Below the pieces are notes generated by a model. It saw only the letters and a program-made list of their open reading frames with translations. It ran no database searches and was not told the origin of the DNA. DNA of 64,000 nt from the NCBI GenBank assembly GCA_021162685.1, contig JAGGYF010000026.1:21557-85556 (forward strand). The letters are read 5' to 3'. Below are positions 1-10,405 of the stretch, in pieces. The position numbers and the translations under genes were made by a program. The stretch's first letter is position 1. Every line of letters begins with the position of its first letter. Origin of the DNA: Candidatus Iainarchaeum sp. (lineage in GTDB: Archaea > B1Sed10-29 > WALL01).

Positions 1-1274
1 CATTTTCCCACAATCCTCCCTTCAAACAGTATCTTTGGTCCCCTGTACCATCCCCTAATCACATCCTCCTTGTGAAAACCTTTTATATTCTTCATTATGT
101 CAAAGAAATTTCCAACAAGCATGCATCCACGTATGGGTTTGGTCAGCTCTCCATGTTCAACAAAAAACCCTGTGGATATGCTCAATGCAAAGTCGCCAGT
201 CATAGGATTAAGATTATGAAATCCCATAAGTTCCCTTACATATACTGCTTTTTCAGTATCAAACACGTTCTCCCTATGCTTTGGCTTCATGACAATGTTT
301 GTTACACTTATATTTGGCAATCCAGAAAATCCGCTTCTGAATCCATTACCTGTGCTCTCTTTTTTCACAAGGTTTGCTGTCCGTGTATCATAAAGAAAAG
401 AGTGCAGCACACCTCTATCTATAATTGGCTTTCGTGTGCATGGGACTCCCTCATCATCAAACGAGGATGTGCCAATCCCCCATGGGATAAATGGATCATC
501 GTATATTGTCACTGACTCTGACATGACTGTTTCCCCGATTTTGTCTGTCCATATAGACTTCTTTCTCCTTACATTCTCTCCATTTATTGCTGGAATGATA
601 ACTACACCAAAAAACTCTTGAAACGCATCTACACCAAGAATAATATCTCCACCAAATGTTACTGGTTTTGCACCAACTGACTTGTTTGCAATTGCAGCTG
701 CATGTCTTCCTACATCTTCCATATCAAAACCGCAAGACTTTGATAAGAAGTATTCTGAGCCTGTTGCCTCCTTCTTTTTAGCAACAACATAGGCAAAGCC
801 AAGCGAGTCATCTGCTTTTACGTCTATGCCTTCTGAATTCACGATATGTGTGTGAGAAATGGTAACTGAGACTTCTGCTTGGTTTGGCTCTGCCCCTCCT
901 TCTTCAACACCCTGCATAAGAAGGAAGAGCTGATTTACCAATTTATTTTCATCAATATCTAAGTATGATCTGTCTAATGTTTTTACACGTCTATAACGCT
1001 TCTTTGTTGGAAGTGAATACCTCTCTTTCTTTGAAAGTTTTGCTGTTTTTACTGCTTGCTTTATTGCATGTTCTGCATGTTTCTCATCTGAAAAATAAGA
1101 AAACCCTATTGCACCATTCTTTACAACCCTTAATCCGTAGCCAGATGCATAGAGGGTTTTTAATGTTTCTATCTTATCCAGAGTACTCCTCGCAAGAATT
1201 GTTTTTGATGATGAATGGAAAAGTTCTGCTTGGTCAACATATCTAAGCGACTTGTTGAGTATTTTCTCCATCAT
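1..1274 (-). CDS. TldE/PmbA-family metalloprotease modulator (partial; C-terminus runs off window start)
   Basis: Read by eye from the reverse complement: open from ATG at 1274..1272 (MMEKILNKSLRYVDQAELFHSS...) to the window edge, about 424 codons. Its ATG overlaps the TldD stop as ATGA. TldD/PmbA pairs are usually adjacent. Not in the ORF track because no stop falls inside the window. Confidence 0.55.
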   Translation of the reverse strand, partial: MMEKILNKSLRYVDQAELFHSSSKTILARSTLDKIETLKTLYASGYGLRVVKNGAIGFSYFSDEKHAEHAIKQAVKTAKLSKKERYSLPTKKRYRRVKTLDRSYLDIDENKLVNQLFLLMQGVEEGGAEPNQAEVSVTISHTHIVNSEGIDVKADDSLGFAYVVAKKKEATGSEYFLSKSCGFDMEDVGRHAAAIANKSVGAKPVTFGGDIILGVDAFQEFFGVVIIPAINGENVRRKKSIWTDKIGETVMSESVTIYDDPFIPWGIGTSSFDDEGVPCTRKPIIDRGVLHSFLYDTRTANLVKKESTGNGFRSGFSGLPNISVTNIVMKPKHRENVFDTEKAVYVRELMGFHNLNPMTGDFALSISTGFFVEHGELTKPIRGCMLVGNFFDIMKNIKGFHKEDVIRGWYRGPKILFEGRIVGK

Positions 1275-2635
1275 CCACCCACCAATATTTCACCTATACG
1301 AAGGTATGGTCCCCCATCTGAAACAGGAACGTATTGGCCTGCCTTCCCACATAAGCCTGGATTCCCAACACGAAATTCTTTACTTGCCATCTCCACCCTT
1401 TTTAATGTTCTTAGGATATTACCAACAAGTACTATGTCCCTTAATGGTTTTGTCTTTTCGCCATTTTCTATGAGATAACCATATTCTGCAGCAAATTGAA
1501 AATATCCTGTATTTGTCTCTGTAACCCCTCCCCTCATTCCATGCACATAGATTCCTCTTTTTATTCCACTAAACAATTCATCAAGGGATGCATCTCCCCT
1601 CTCAAAAAATGTATTGCTCATTCTAACAATTGGAAAGGAATCTGTTGACTGAGCCCTTGCATTACCTGTTGGAGAGGTATTCATCTTTGCTGCTGTCTCT
1701 CTTGAATGAAGGAATTGTTTTAATCTTCCCTCATTGACTAATACCTTTCTCTGAGCTTTTGTGCCTTCTGCATCATATGGATATGAACCAAACAACTTTG
1801 GCAATGTTGCATCATCTACTATTGTAACAGCTCTACTGCCTATTCTGCAATTCATCTTCTTCTCAAGGACGCTTTTTCCTGTTAGAACCGTATCTGCTTC
1901 ACATGCGTGACCAATTGCTTCATGTGCGAGAACTCCTGCCATCTTTGGGTCAATAACAACTGGCATCCTTCCCTTTGAAGGAAGTTCTGACTGTAATAGG
2001 AGAAGTGCCATACCTACTGCCCTATCAACAAGTTCCTCTTTACCATCTAATATTTCAACTCCTATGTGGCCTGCATCCCTCTCATCCGCACTTAATACCT
2101 TTCCTTCCTTTTTTGAAAATGCCTCAAATACAAAAGATGAACGCACAAACCTATGTACTATGTCTGCGCCTTCTGAATTCAGATAGTAGCGGGTTCCGTA
2201 TCCCTCCATAAATTGTATATCTGTTGTCATTATGTGCTTTTCTTGCTTTGCATGTTTTGAGAGCTCCCTGCATCGCCTAACCTTATCCTCTATTGCAACA
2301 TCTGACGGGTGTATCCTAACTTTATCATTAACGACATCCGAAACAGGATTATTTTCCGCTAGTTTTACATTCAAACTCCTCTTTGATGAAACTTTAGCTA
2401 ATTTCTTTGCTGATTTTATACATGCTTCTAAATCCTCTACCCTGTTTGATGCTGCAAATCCCCATGAATTATTTCTGAGAACACGAACACCAAAACCTAC
2501 TGACGACCCTGTTTTTACAAGTTTTACCTCCTTGCCTTTGATAGTAATTGCGTTTGTAAAATTCTCAACTGCATTTATCTCAATGAATTGAACTCCCCTG
2601 ACGTTATTGAGCACTCTCTCTAATGTGTCATGCAT
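1271..2635 (-). CDS. tldD: TldD-family zinc metallopeptidase
   Basis: 454 aa; HEAIGH zinc-binding motif (AHEAIGHACEAD); length and glycine-rich C-terminus typical of TldD. Confidence 0.8.
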   Translation of the reverse strand: MHDTLERVLNNVRGVQFIEINAVENFTNAITIKGKEVKLVKTGSSVGFGVRVLRNNSWGFAASNRVEDLEACIKSAKKLAKVSSKRSLNVKLAENNPVSDVVNDKVRIHPSDVAIEDKVRRCRELSKHAKQEKHIMTTDIQFMEGYGTRYYLNSEGADIVHRFVRSSFVFEAFSKKEGKVLSADERDAGHIGVEILDGKEELVDRAVGMALLLLQSELPSKGRMPVVIDPKMAGVLAHEAIGHACEADTVLTGKSVLEKKMNCRIGSRAVTIVDDATLPKLFGSYPYDAEGTKAQRKVLVNEGRLKQFLHSRETAAKMNTSPTGNARAQSTDSFPIVRMSNTFFERGDASLDELFSGIKRGIYVHGMRGGVTETNTGYFQFAAEYGYLIENGEKTKPLRDIVLVGNILRTLKRVEMASKEFRVGNPGLCGKAGQYVPVSDGGPYLRIGEILVGG

Positions 2636-2640
2636 TTACA

Positions 2641-3957
2641 TTACCCAACAAACTTCCCTTTATCAATAAGAAGCTTTCCATCTGCGTATACCTTGCCTTT
2701 GTATATTGGTTTTATGAAATCGTGGTGCGCAGATGCTTGATTCTTTCCGCCATACCCGATATTCCATCCAACAGCAATGTGTATTGTTCCAAGTATCTTC
2801 TCATCTATAAGGATATACCCATTTGTGTATTCTGCCCCCCTATTGCACCCTATACCAAATTCTGCTATTCTCCTTATTGCCCCTGTGTTTTCCTTAAAGA
2901 ACCTGTCAAGTAGTTTTCCATTTCTTTTTGCTTTATAGTCAACAACCTCTCCCTTACTGAAATGCAACATAAGTCCCTTGACGACACCATATCCATTCAA
3001 TGATGTTTCTGGGATGTACAATGAACCTTCCGCACTATTCTCAACAGGGGCTACGAAAACCTCTCCAGCAGGGATATTCATACCTATATCATTATTCTTT
3101 ATATCCTCGTCACTGAGTATACCATCATCCTTCAGATACCGCCTGCCCTTTGTGGAGAAAGTGAAATCTGTCCCCTTATCACATACAATATGTATCTCAT
3201 CTGACCCATCAAATGCCTTATGATATCTTTCAATAAGTGCAATCGTTCTTTTATCATAACTCCATTTTATTGCATTGAACATTATCCTCTTGAAGCGTTT
3301 TGGAGGTATCCTGAGCTCTCTCGCAATCTGTGGGTGTGGCCATCCTACATAGACCCATCTCTCTTTATTTCTGTCTCTCAATTGGTAGACCCTTTGACTT
3401 ACAGGAGCATGTAACTTAAATCTAATTGCAGGTACTCCCTTCTTCCAGAACTCACTTTCAACTGAATCTATGTGGATAACATAATCTGTACTTGTTGCCA
3501 ATGCTCTCCTAACATCTGAAAGCTCGGTTAATGATTCAAGTGGGCATAGCACATATGAATCCCTTACTCTCTTTGCTGTGTTTTCAAGCATGATTGTATG
3601 CGCACCATTTCTCCAACATTGCCTCTCAACCTCCAATGCGAGCTCCTTATTTGCAGGATTGCAAGCTATGAGGACAGAATGCCCCACTGTCTTCTTAACC
3701 TTGTACTTTCTTCCCTTCTTTAATACTAATGGACCAAAATCAACATCCTGCAATTCCTCCAAAATTTTCTCTGCGTCCTTCCTAACCTTTTTTGCTTCGT
3801 CCAATGTAAACTCATCCCTTCTCAGCATCCAGTCAACAAAACGCTTATACTTCCTCCTTGCCTTTGCTATACCTTTTTTGTTCTCTTTAAGTCCAATCCT
3901 CATAGAAGTGGTAACTATATTTTTTGCAAGTGTTTTATAATCCACAAAATCACCCAT
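2641..3957 (-). CDS. M29-family aminopeptidase (AmpS/PepS-like)
   Basis: Conserved M29 segments (GMNIPAGEVF, HIAVG). Start moved to the internal Met at 3957 (MGDFVDYKTLAKN) because the track start at 4038 would overlap the divergent RNase Z gene by 46 nt. Confidence 0.7.
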   Translation of the reverse strand: MGDFVDYKTLAKNIVTTSMRIGLKENKKGIAKARRKYKRFVDWMLRRDEFTLDEAKKVRKDAEKILEELQDVDFGPLVLKKGRKYKVKKTVGHSVLIACNPANKELALEVERQCWRNGAHTIMLENTAKRVRDSYVLCPLESLTELSDVRRALATSTDYVIHIDSVESEFWKKGVPAIRFKLHAPVSQRVYQLRDRNKERWVYVGWPHPQIARELRIPPKRFKRIMFNAIKWSYDKRTIALIERYHKAFDGSDEIHIVCDKGTDFTFSTKGRRYLKDDGILSDEDIKNNDIGMNIPAGEVFVAPVENSAEGSLYIPETSLNGYGVVKGLMLHFSKGEVVDYKAKRNGKLLDRFFKENTGAIRRIAEFGIGCNRGAEYTNGYILIDEKILGTIHIAVGWNIGYGGKNQASAHHDFIKPIYKGKVYADGKLLIDKGKFVG

Positions 3958-3992
3958 AGGTTTTAAACCAAAGAAGTTAAAAAAAGTATTGT

Positions 3993-4895
3993 ATGAGGGT
4001 TGAGGTTGTTTTTTTAGGCACGTCATCAACAATACCAACAGCTGAGAGGAACCACTCTGCTATATACTTAAGATATGGCGCAGACAGAATGTTGTTTGAT
4101 TGCGGTGAGGGCACACAGAGACAGATGACTATTGCGAAACTTAGTGCAATGAAACTAAAATACATCTTCATAACACATATGGATGGCGACCACTTCTTAG
4201 GATTGCCTGGCATCCTACAAACGTGTTCTATGCGGGAGAGGGAGGCGCCTTTGGAGATATTTGGCCCAAAAGGCATAAAAAAGCACGTTAAACTTGCCAT
4301 TGACCTCAGCCCATTTAATCTGTCATTTGATGTCAATATCCATGAAAGTGATGACAGAATTATTGTTGAAAACGAGCAATACCTCATCAAAACATTTCCT
4401 GTGATACATAGAGAACACTCAGTTGGGTATGCATTCATAGAAAAAGACATCATCAATATCAATGAGGAGAAATTGAAACGCATTGGGATAAAACCTGGTC
4501 CATTATATAGAAAGATAAAAGAGGGAAAAGAGATTGAATGGCAGGGTAAGAAGATATCCCCAGAAGATTATATAATAAGGAAGAAAGGAATTAAAATAGT
4601 CTATTCTGGAGACACAGCATACTGCGAACGAGTTATTAAAGAATCGGAAAATGCAGATATTTTGATCCATGAGGCAACATTTGCACAAGACATAAAACAG
4701 AGAGCAATAGAGACAAAACACAGCACAGCAAGAGATGCAGGTCTTGTTGCAAGGCAAGCAAATGTTAAGCAACTGGTTTTAACGCACTTCTCCTCCAGGT
4801 ACAAAAACGAGGAATTGCATAAATTATTGAATGATGCGAAAAAGGAATTTGATAATGTAATCCTTGCCAAAGATTTCATGAGAATTGAGATATAG
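3993..4895 (+). CDS. rnz: Ribonuclease Z (tRNA 3' endonuclease), metallo-beta-lactamase fold
   Basis: 300 aa; HxHxDH motif (ITHMDGDHFLGLPG); RNase Z-like N- and C-termini (FLGTSS...; LVLTHFSSRY). Confidence 0.85.
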   Translation: MRVEVVFLGTSSTIPTAERNHSAIYLRYGADRMLFDCGEGTQRQMTIAKLSAMKLKYIFITHMDGDHFLGLPGILQTCSMREREAPLEIFGPKGIKKHVKLAIDLSPFNLSFDVNIHESDDRIIVENEQYLIKTFPVIHREHSVGYAFIEKDIININEEKLKRIGIKPGPLYRKIKEGKEIEWQGKKISPEDYIIRKKGIKIVYSGDTAYCERVIKESENADILIHEATFAQDIKQRAIETKHSTARDAGLVARQANVKQLVLTHFSSRYKNEELHKLLNDAKKEFDNVILAKDFMRIEI

Positions 4896-4938
4896 AAAAG
4901 CCAAATCTTAATATACTGGAAATGGCTAAAATACCACT

Positions 4939-5739
4939 ATGCGTACCTATTTGGTTATACTCTGCCTGGTATTGGTATTATCCTCTGCATTCGCAAGCCA
5001 GATAACAAAACATGATATAAGAATAACAATGAAAGAAGATGGGAGTGCGTACATTGAGGAGGAGTATCTCCTTAGGCTCACAAGTGATGAGAGAGGAGTA
5101 TTCAAAACTATTATGAACAAGGAATCACCATCTATTGATGATTGGTCTGTTTTTGGAATAAAGAAAAGCATAATATCACAAACAAAGGAAGAAAACGTAA
5201 TCCCAGAGATGACACAGTCAGATGTTGCTGTTGTTACCCTGCAATATACAACAAATAAGATTGTAAAAGAGGTTGAGAAAAGAGGTAAAGAACGTTTAGT
5301 TGGTATAACAGAGTCCCTATTCACATTTTATGATGGAAAAAAGATTTCACTACCATATGACCCTCCGACTACATTAGTAATACTTGTTCCAAATACATTG
5401 AGGGTTAGTGGTGAGATCACTCCCCCTCCTTTCTCAACAACCCAACAGATAGGAAGTGATGGAAAATTATACACAGTGTATGAATGGAATTATAGAAGGC
5501 CATTCAGTTCAGATAAATTTAGACTACTCTATAGTGAAGAGTTGACAATTCAGAGCCAATTATCGCCAGAATTGTTGCTGAAGGAATTTGAGGAAAAGTA
5601 TGGTAACCCAGTATATATCTTTGCAGCAGTTATTATCTTAGGCATTTTGGTGTGGTACAGAAAACAAATTATTGGCATAGTAACAGAGGCCTTTTCTGGA
5701 GAACCTGTTTTTGAAGAAGAGATAGAAGAAGAAGCGTGA
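4939..5739 (+). CDS. Secreted/membrane-anchored hypothetical protein (N-terminal signal, C-terminal TM plus acidic tail)
   Basis: Hydrophobic N-terminus (LVILCLVLVLSSAFA), C-terminal TM (VYIFAAVIILGILVWY) followed by EEEIEEEA. Confidence 0.45.
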   Translation: MRTYLVILCLVLVLSSAFASQITKHDIRITMKEDGSAYIEEEYLLRLTSDERGVFKTIMNKESPSIDDWSVFGIKKSIISQTKEENVIPEMTQSDVAVVTLQYTTNKIVKEVEKRGKERLVGITESLFTFYDGKKISLPYDPPTTLVILVPNTLRVSGEITPPPFSTTQQIGSDGKLYTVYEWNYRRPFSSDKFRLLYSEELTIQSQLSPELLLKEFEEKYGNPVYIFAAVIILGILVWYRKQIIGIVTEAFSGEPVFEEEIEEEA

Positions 5740-5743
5740 GTCT

Positions 5744-7255
5744 ATGGGGATTGATGATATAAAGCAGAGTTTGCATGATGATGAGAAGAAGGTATTGCTA
5801 GCACTAAAAGGTAAAAAAAAGATGAGTGAATCCGAGATTGCAAGATTAACTGGGATGCCATTGGCATCTGTATCTCACGCATCGCTATGGTTATACTCAA
5901 AAGGCCTCGTAAACATCAATGAAAAAAGGTTAAAATACATTGAATTAAATGATGAAGGAAAACAATATCTAAAGAAAGGTCTGCCAGAACGAAGAGCAAT
6001 AAATGCAATTGGGAAAAAAGAAATTTTAGTGAAAGATGTTGAAGATGCCATTGGGAAAAATGTATTTAAGATTGCAATAGCATGGCTTATGAGAAATGGA
6101 TTAGCAACAATATCAAACGGAAAGATAAAACTAACTGACGCTGGACTAAAAGCACTGAAATCAAAGATGGACACTGAAAAAGCGATTGGGTTGCTAAAAA
6201 CAAGGAAGAGTATAGACGAGATACCTGAAAATGCACTCAAAATAATTGAAAAAAGGGGCAAGGTAATAAATAAAACAGAGGAAACGTTGAGAACAATAGA
6301 ACTGACTGACAAAGGAAAAGATATTATAAAATCTGGCATAGAGATTGGAAAAGACATTAATGTTCTGACAACAAAACACATAGAGAATTGGAAGAAGTAC
6401 ACATTCAGACCTTACAATATAAAGGCAGAGGCGCCTCCATTGAAGATAGGGAAGGGACAGCCATATAAGGCAATGCTTGATGAGGCAAGAGATCACCTTA
6501 CATCAATGGGCTTTGTTGAGGTCAGAGGACCCATTATAGAAACGGAATTCTGGAACTTTGATGCTCTTTTCCAGCCTCAGTTCCATCCAGCAAGAAGTAT
6601 GAGTGACACATATTATATAAAAAAGCCGAAGAAGGGGGAGCTCCCAAAAGGATATTCTGATCTTGTAAGGAAGACTCATGAGAATGGATGGAAAACAGGG
6701 AGCACTGGATGGAGATACACCTGGGATCCAGAAAAGGCAAAGAGGCTTATTCTAAGAACACATACAACTGCTGTTTCGGTCAGAACAATGGTTAAAAATA
6801 ATGGGATAATTCCTGGAAAATATTTCACAATAGCTAGGAATTTTAGGCATGATGTAATTGATGCTACACATCTCCCAGAATTCTACCAATGCGAGGGTAT
6901 TGTAGTTGAAGAGAACATGACATTCAAAAATCTTCTTGGCATGTTGAAGGAATTCGCAATGGAATTCGCCCATGCAAAAAAGGTCAGGTTCCAACCATCA
7001 TACTTCCCATATACAGAACCATCTGTTGAGCTGTTTGCAAAACACCCAAAAATAGGATGGATTGAATTAGGTGGAGCAGGAATGTTCAGACCAGAGGTCA
7101 GGTTGCCAACAGGTATAGATTGTGAAGTGATGGCTTGGGGTCTTGGGTTTGACAGGTTGTCTATGCTAAAACTTGGGATAAATGACATAAGGCAGTTGTT
7201 CTCAACAGACCTGAAATGGTTAGAGGACACAAAGATAAGGTATGAGTGGGTGTAG
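5744..7255 (+). CDS. pheS: Phenylalanyl-tRNA synthetase alpha subunit (archaeal type)
   Basis: Class II aaRS motifs (FQPQFHPARSMSDTYY, GAGMFRPEV); 503 aa with an N-terminal winged-helix region as in archaeal PheS. Confidence 0.9.
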   Translation: MGIDDIKQSLHDDEKKVLLALKGKKKMSESEIARLTGMPLASVSHASLWLYSKGLVNINEKRLKYIELNDEGKQYLKKGLPERRAINAIGKKEILVKDVEDAIGKNVFKIAIAWLMRNGLATISNGKIKLTDAGLKALKSKMDTEKAIGLLKTRKSIDEIPENALKIIEKRGKVINKTEETLRTIELTDKGKDIIKSGIEIGKDINVLTTKHIENWKKYTFRPYNIKAEAPPLKIGKGQPYKAMLDEARDHLTSMGFVEVRGPIIETEFWNFDALFQPQFHPARSMSDTYYIKKPKKGELPKGYSDLVRKTHENGWKTGSTGWRYTWDPEKAKRLILRTHTTAVSVRTMVKNNGIIPGKYFTIARNFRHDVIDATHLPEFYQCEGIVVEENMTFKNLLGMLKEFAMEFAHAKKVRFQPSYFPYTEPSVELFAKHPKIGWIELGGAGMFRPEVRLPTGIDCEVMAWGLGFDRLSMLKLGINDIRQLFSTDLKWLEDTKIRYEWV

Positions 7256-8883
7256 AGATGCCAAAGATATCAATAAACTACTGGGATCTTGTACATCTCG
7301 TCGGTAGAGAACTCTCTATAAAGGAGTTGGAGGATATCTTCCCAAATATAAAATGTGAATGGGTCTCATCTGATGGGGAAACCATAGAGCTTGAAACCAC
7401 CCATGAACGGCCTGATCTTATAAGTACAGAAGGCATTGCAAGAGCGCTTAGGGCGTATCTTGGTATTGAGAGTGGTCTCAAACAATTCAAATTTAAGAGG
7501 AGTGGGTTGAAGGCAATTGTGGATAAAAGCGTTATACCAGAAAGGCCACATAGTAGGATGTTTATTGTTAAGGATGTGAGTATGACATCTGCTCTCATAG
7601 AACAACTTATGCAGATGCAGGAGAAATTACACCTTATATATACAAACAACAGAAGGGACGCATCCATCGGGGTTTATGATTTAGACACATTTAAATGGCC
7701 CATCACATACTGCGCAAAGGATGACTACAGATTCGTACCATTGGGTGAGACAGAGGAGATGAGCTGCAAGGAGGTTTTAGAAAAAACAGAGAAGGGCAGA
7801 GAGTATGCACATCTTATTGGGAAAAAATATCCGCTGATAATTGACGCAGAAGGAAAGGTTTTGTCAATGCCCCCAATACTAAACAGTGAGGACACAAAAC
7901 TAACTGCTGAAACAAAAAACCTGTTTGTGGATGTATCTGGAATGGATGAAAAGACTGTTGAAAAAATCGCAACATTAATGGCTGTTGCATTAGCAGAGCG
8001 TGGCAATGTTGAAACAGTTACTATGGAATACCCAAAGAGAAAGATAGAGAGTCCAGAACTAAAAACTGAGGTTAGGAAGGTTTCGCATCAATACATTAAC
8101 AAGTTACTTGGAACATCATTTGATACAGGTGAGATGGTCAGACTTCTTGAAAAAATGGGGTTTGGAGCAAAAGCAGAGGGCAATAACATAAATGTTAGAA
8201 TACCATGTTACCGCTTTGATGTCCTACATGATTGTGACATTGCTGAAGAGATAGCTATTGCATACGGATACAATAGGTTAGAGCCCATCTTGCCAAAAGT
8301 ATCAACTATCGGAAGAAGGCATCCTGTTGAGAGATTATCTGAACAGATAAGGGAGATAATGATTGGTGCTGGATTCCAGGAAGTACTAACATACATACTA
8401 TGTAGCAAAGAATTGATGGAAAAAGCCAATTTTTCTGGATTTGTTGAGATCATAAACCCTGTAAGTGAAGAGTACAACTGTGTACGAAACTCTCTCATAC
8501 CAAGACATCTTGATGTTTTGCACAATAACAAGCATCACCCATTACCACATAAGATATTTGAGGTTGAGGATTGTGTTGAAGTTCATGGAAATAAAACTGA
8601 GACTGTAAGAAAACTATGCGTCATGATGATAGACCATGGCATAACGTTCACGAACATGAAAAGTTTGCTTCAAGTGCTCATGAAGAATTTAGGCTATGAG
8701 TATAGTATATCAGAGATAAAACATCCAGCATTTTTAGAGGGTAGGACAGGAAAAATAAAGATATCTGGAAAAGATGTTGGTATTATTGGAGAAGTCCACC
8801 CAGAAGTGCTCAACAGATTTGAACTTAAACATCCAGTTGTAGCAATGGAAATAAACATAGAAAAAATAATAGAAAGAGGGTGA
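7246..8883 (+). CDS. pheT: Phenylalanyl-tRNA synthetase beta subunit (archaeal type)
   Basis: 545 aa immediately downstream of pheS and overlapping it; B3/4 and B5 domain-like segments. Confidence 0.85.
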   Translation: MGVEMPKISINYWDLVHLVGRELSIKELEDIFPNIKCEWVSSDGETIELETTHERPDLISTEGIARALRAYLGIESGLKQFKFKRSGLKAIVDKSVIPERPHSRMFIVKDVSMTSALIEQLMQMQEKLHLIYTNNRRDASIGVYDLDTFKWPITYCAKDDYRFVPLGETEEMSCKEVLEKTEKGREYAHLIGKKYPLIIDAEGKVLSMPPILNSEDTKLTAETKNLFVDVSGMDEKTVEKIATLMAVALAERGNVETVTMEYPKRKIESPELKTEVRKVSHQYINKLLGTSFDTGEMVRLLEKMGFGAKAEGNNINVRIPCYRFDVLHDCDIAEEIAIAYGYNRLEPILPKVSTIGRRHPVERLSEQIREIMIGAGFQEVLTYILCSKELMEKANFSGFVEIINPVSEEYNCVRNSLIPRHLDVLHNNKHHPLPHKIFEVEDCVEVHGNKTETVRKLCVMMIDHGITFTNMKSLLQVLMKNLGYEYSISEIKHPAFLEGRTGKIKISGKDVGIIGEVHPEVLNRFELKHPVVAMEINIEKIIERG

Positions 8884-8886
8884 AGA

Positions 8887-9600
8887 TTACTTCATCTTTG
8901 TTGCCACTGCTCTTTCTATGGATACTTCGTGCCTCTTTGCTATCCTTGCAATTGAGTCCTTAAGTCCAAGTCCAAGTGCAATAGCTAGTCCTCCACCAAG
9001 TCCAAGTGCAAGCGCTAAGATGAAGTAGTTAAATATCTCTGTTATCACGCTTACATCAATCCCGTACGCTGGATTGCTCAATGCAATAGTCACTGTGAAG
9101 TATACTACAATAACCCAAACTATTGCCGATATAACATTCGCTTGGAATTTCAATCCCTTCTTGATTTTTATCCTCAGGAAATCTGCCACGAGCAATCCTA
9201 TCCCTAGGATCAATATACCCTGAAGAAGAACTGGAAGGAACGCTATGAAACCAACAAGTATATTCGTAAGCACTGGTGTTGCTCCTGGCCTGAAGAACAG
9301 GAATGAGGATTCTATCACGCTAACTGCTGCAACAAAGAACCATAGGAATACTATCCACTTGATTATGCCAGTTACTAATCCTGTTAGTGTAAATCCGAGC
9401 AATGCATGCTCCAAGCCCATCTCTTTTATCTTCTTCTCTATCCTTGCCTTTTCAAAGCTCTTGACAAGCACTGTCTCCACTGCTATTGCTATAATATAAC
9501 CCGCTACAAGCCAGACAAGTCCTAGCACAAGCCCAATTATGATATTCACAATGCCAACCTGTAATGTTTCCATAGTAGGTATCATATCATCACCATTCAA
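8887..9600 (-). CDS. Polytopic membrane protein, hypothetical
   Basis: Multiple hydrophobic helices; no recognisable catalytic motif. Confidence 0.45.
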   Translation of the reverse strand: MNGDDMIPTMETLQVGIVNIIIGLVLGLVWLVAGYIIAIAVETVLVKSFEKARIEKKIKEMGLEHALLGFTLTGLVTGIIKWIVFLWFFVAAVSVIESSFLFFRPGATPVLTNILVGFIAFLPVLLQGILILGIGLLVADFLRIKIKKGLKFQANVISAIVWVIVVYFTVTIALSNPAYGIDVSVITEIFNYFILALALGLGGGLAIALGLGLKDSIARIAKRHEVSIERAVATKMK

Positions 9601-9613
9601 GAAAAAGAAGGTG

Positions 9614-10378
9614 TCATTTATAAATGTTTGGATTTCTCAACCTATACTCTGTATTATTTATTATCCAATCCGGAGCATTGACAGAAGAATAATATGCATA
9701 TATCTCTTCAAGATGTTTTTGTGGATTCCTAAATCTATCTCCCCAGTCCCATACAGCGCACTTCATTTTTGAATCAAATTCGCCGAGTTTTTGTTTTATT
9801 TTCTCCTTTGCTAGTGGATTATATCTTGCTCCTTCAAAAAGAAGGTCTGTTCCATTGTCAGCTAATGCATATGCTGCATTTGCATAGAAGATTGTTAAAT
9901 CAACATCCAGGTCACTAAGCCTCTCTATACAATCCTTTGATCCAGCAATAGTAAAAACGTGGATTGGGCCTAATGATATGCCCTTCCCATCTGCATAGCG
10001 CATAACTGTTTCTATTACTGTCCTCAGGGATATGCCTGTCGCAATTGTGTCTCCTATAAGGATTGTCTGGTTATCAGATATATTATTCAGAGCAAGATTA
10101 GATATTCTTGCACTCCAAACCCCAGAAAATGTCCTCTTTGAATCTATATGGGCATGCAATGGCCTATATCCATAGACGAATTCATAAGCATCTGCAATAT
10201 GGTAATACTTCCCTCCTTCAAGAATAACAAGTTCAACTGGGTTTTTAAATGCTCCATACCTTCTAAAAAAAGTAACACTCGCCTCAAATGCCTTTTCCTC
10301 AAGTTCTTTTCCGACAAGATATGGGGAACATACTATATCAACTGCTGGCTCATTGAAAAATATCTCTGTAGTCAACAT
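9614..10378 (-). CDS. Phosphoribosyltransferase-like protein (PRTase fold, specificity unknown)
   Basis: PRPP-binding-like motif (ILIGDTIATGISL); 254 aa. Confidence 0.45.
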   Translation of the reverse strand: MLTTEIFFNEPAVDIVCSPYLVGKELEEKAFEASVTFFRRYGAFKNPVELVILEGGKYYHIADAYEFVYGYRPLHAHIDSKRTFSGVWSARISNLALNNISDNQTILIGDTIATGISLRTVIETVMRYADGKGISLGPIHVFTIAGSKDCIERLSDLDVDLTIFYANAAYALADNGTDLLFEGARYNPLAKEKIKQKLGEFDSKMKCAVWDWGDRFRNPQKHLEEIYAYYSSVNAPDWIINNTEYRLRNPNIYK

Positions 10379-10405
10379 GTGTTATTAAACTGAATATAAA
10401 AATAT

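Noticed and set aside
72-1478. Plus-strand ORFs in the track (72..515, 436..621, 965..1246, 1215..1478, 1252..1473)
   Set aside because: They lie antisense to a long uninterrupted minus-strand frame that reads as a PmbA/TldE-like protein. Their sequences are low-complexity and Cys/Phe-rich, typical of antisense artefacts in AT-rich DNA.
2641-4038. Track start of the M29 aminopeptidase at 4038, overlapping RNase Z by 46 nt head-to-head
   Set aside because: An internal Met at 3957 gives an N-terminus matching the family (MGDFVDYKTLAKN...) and removes the implausible overlap of two divergent 5' ends.
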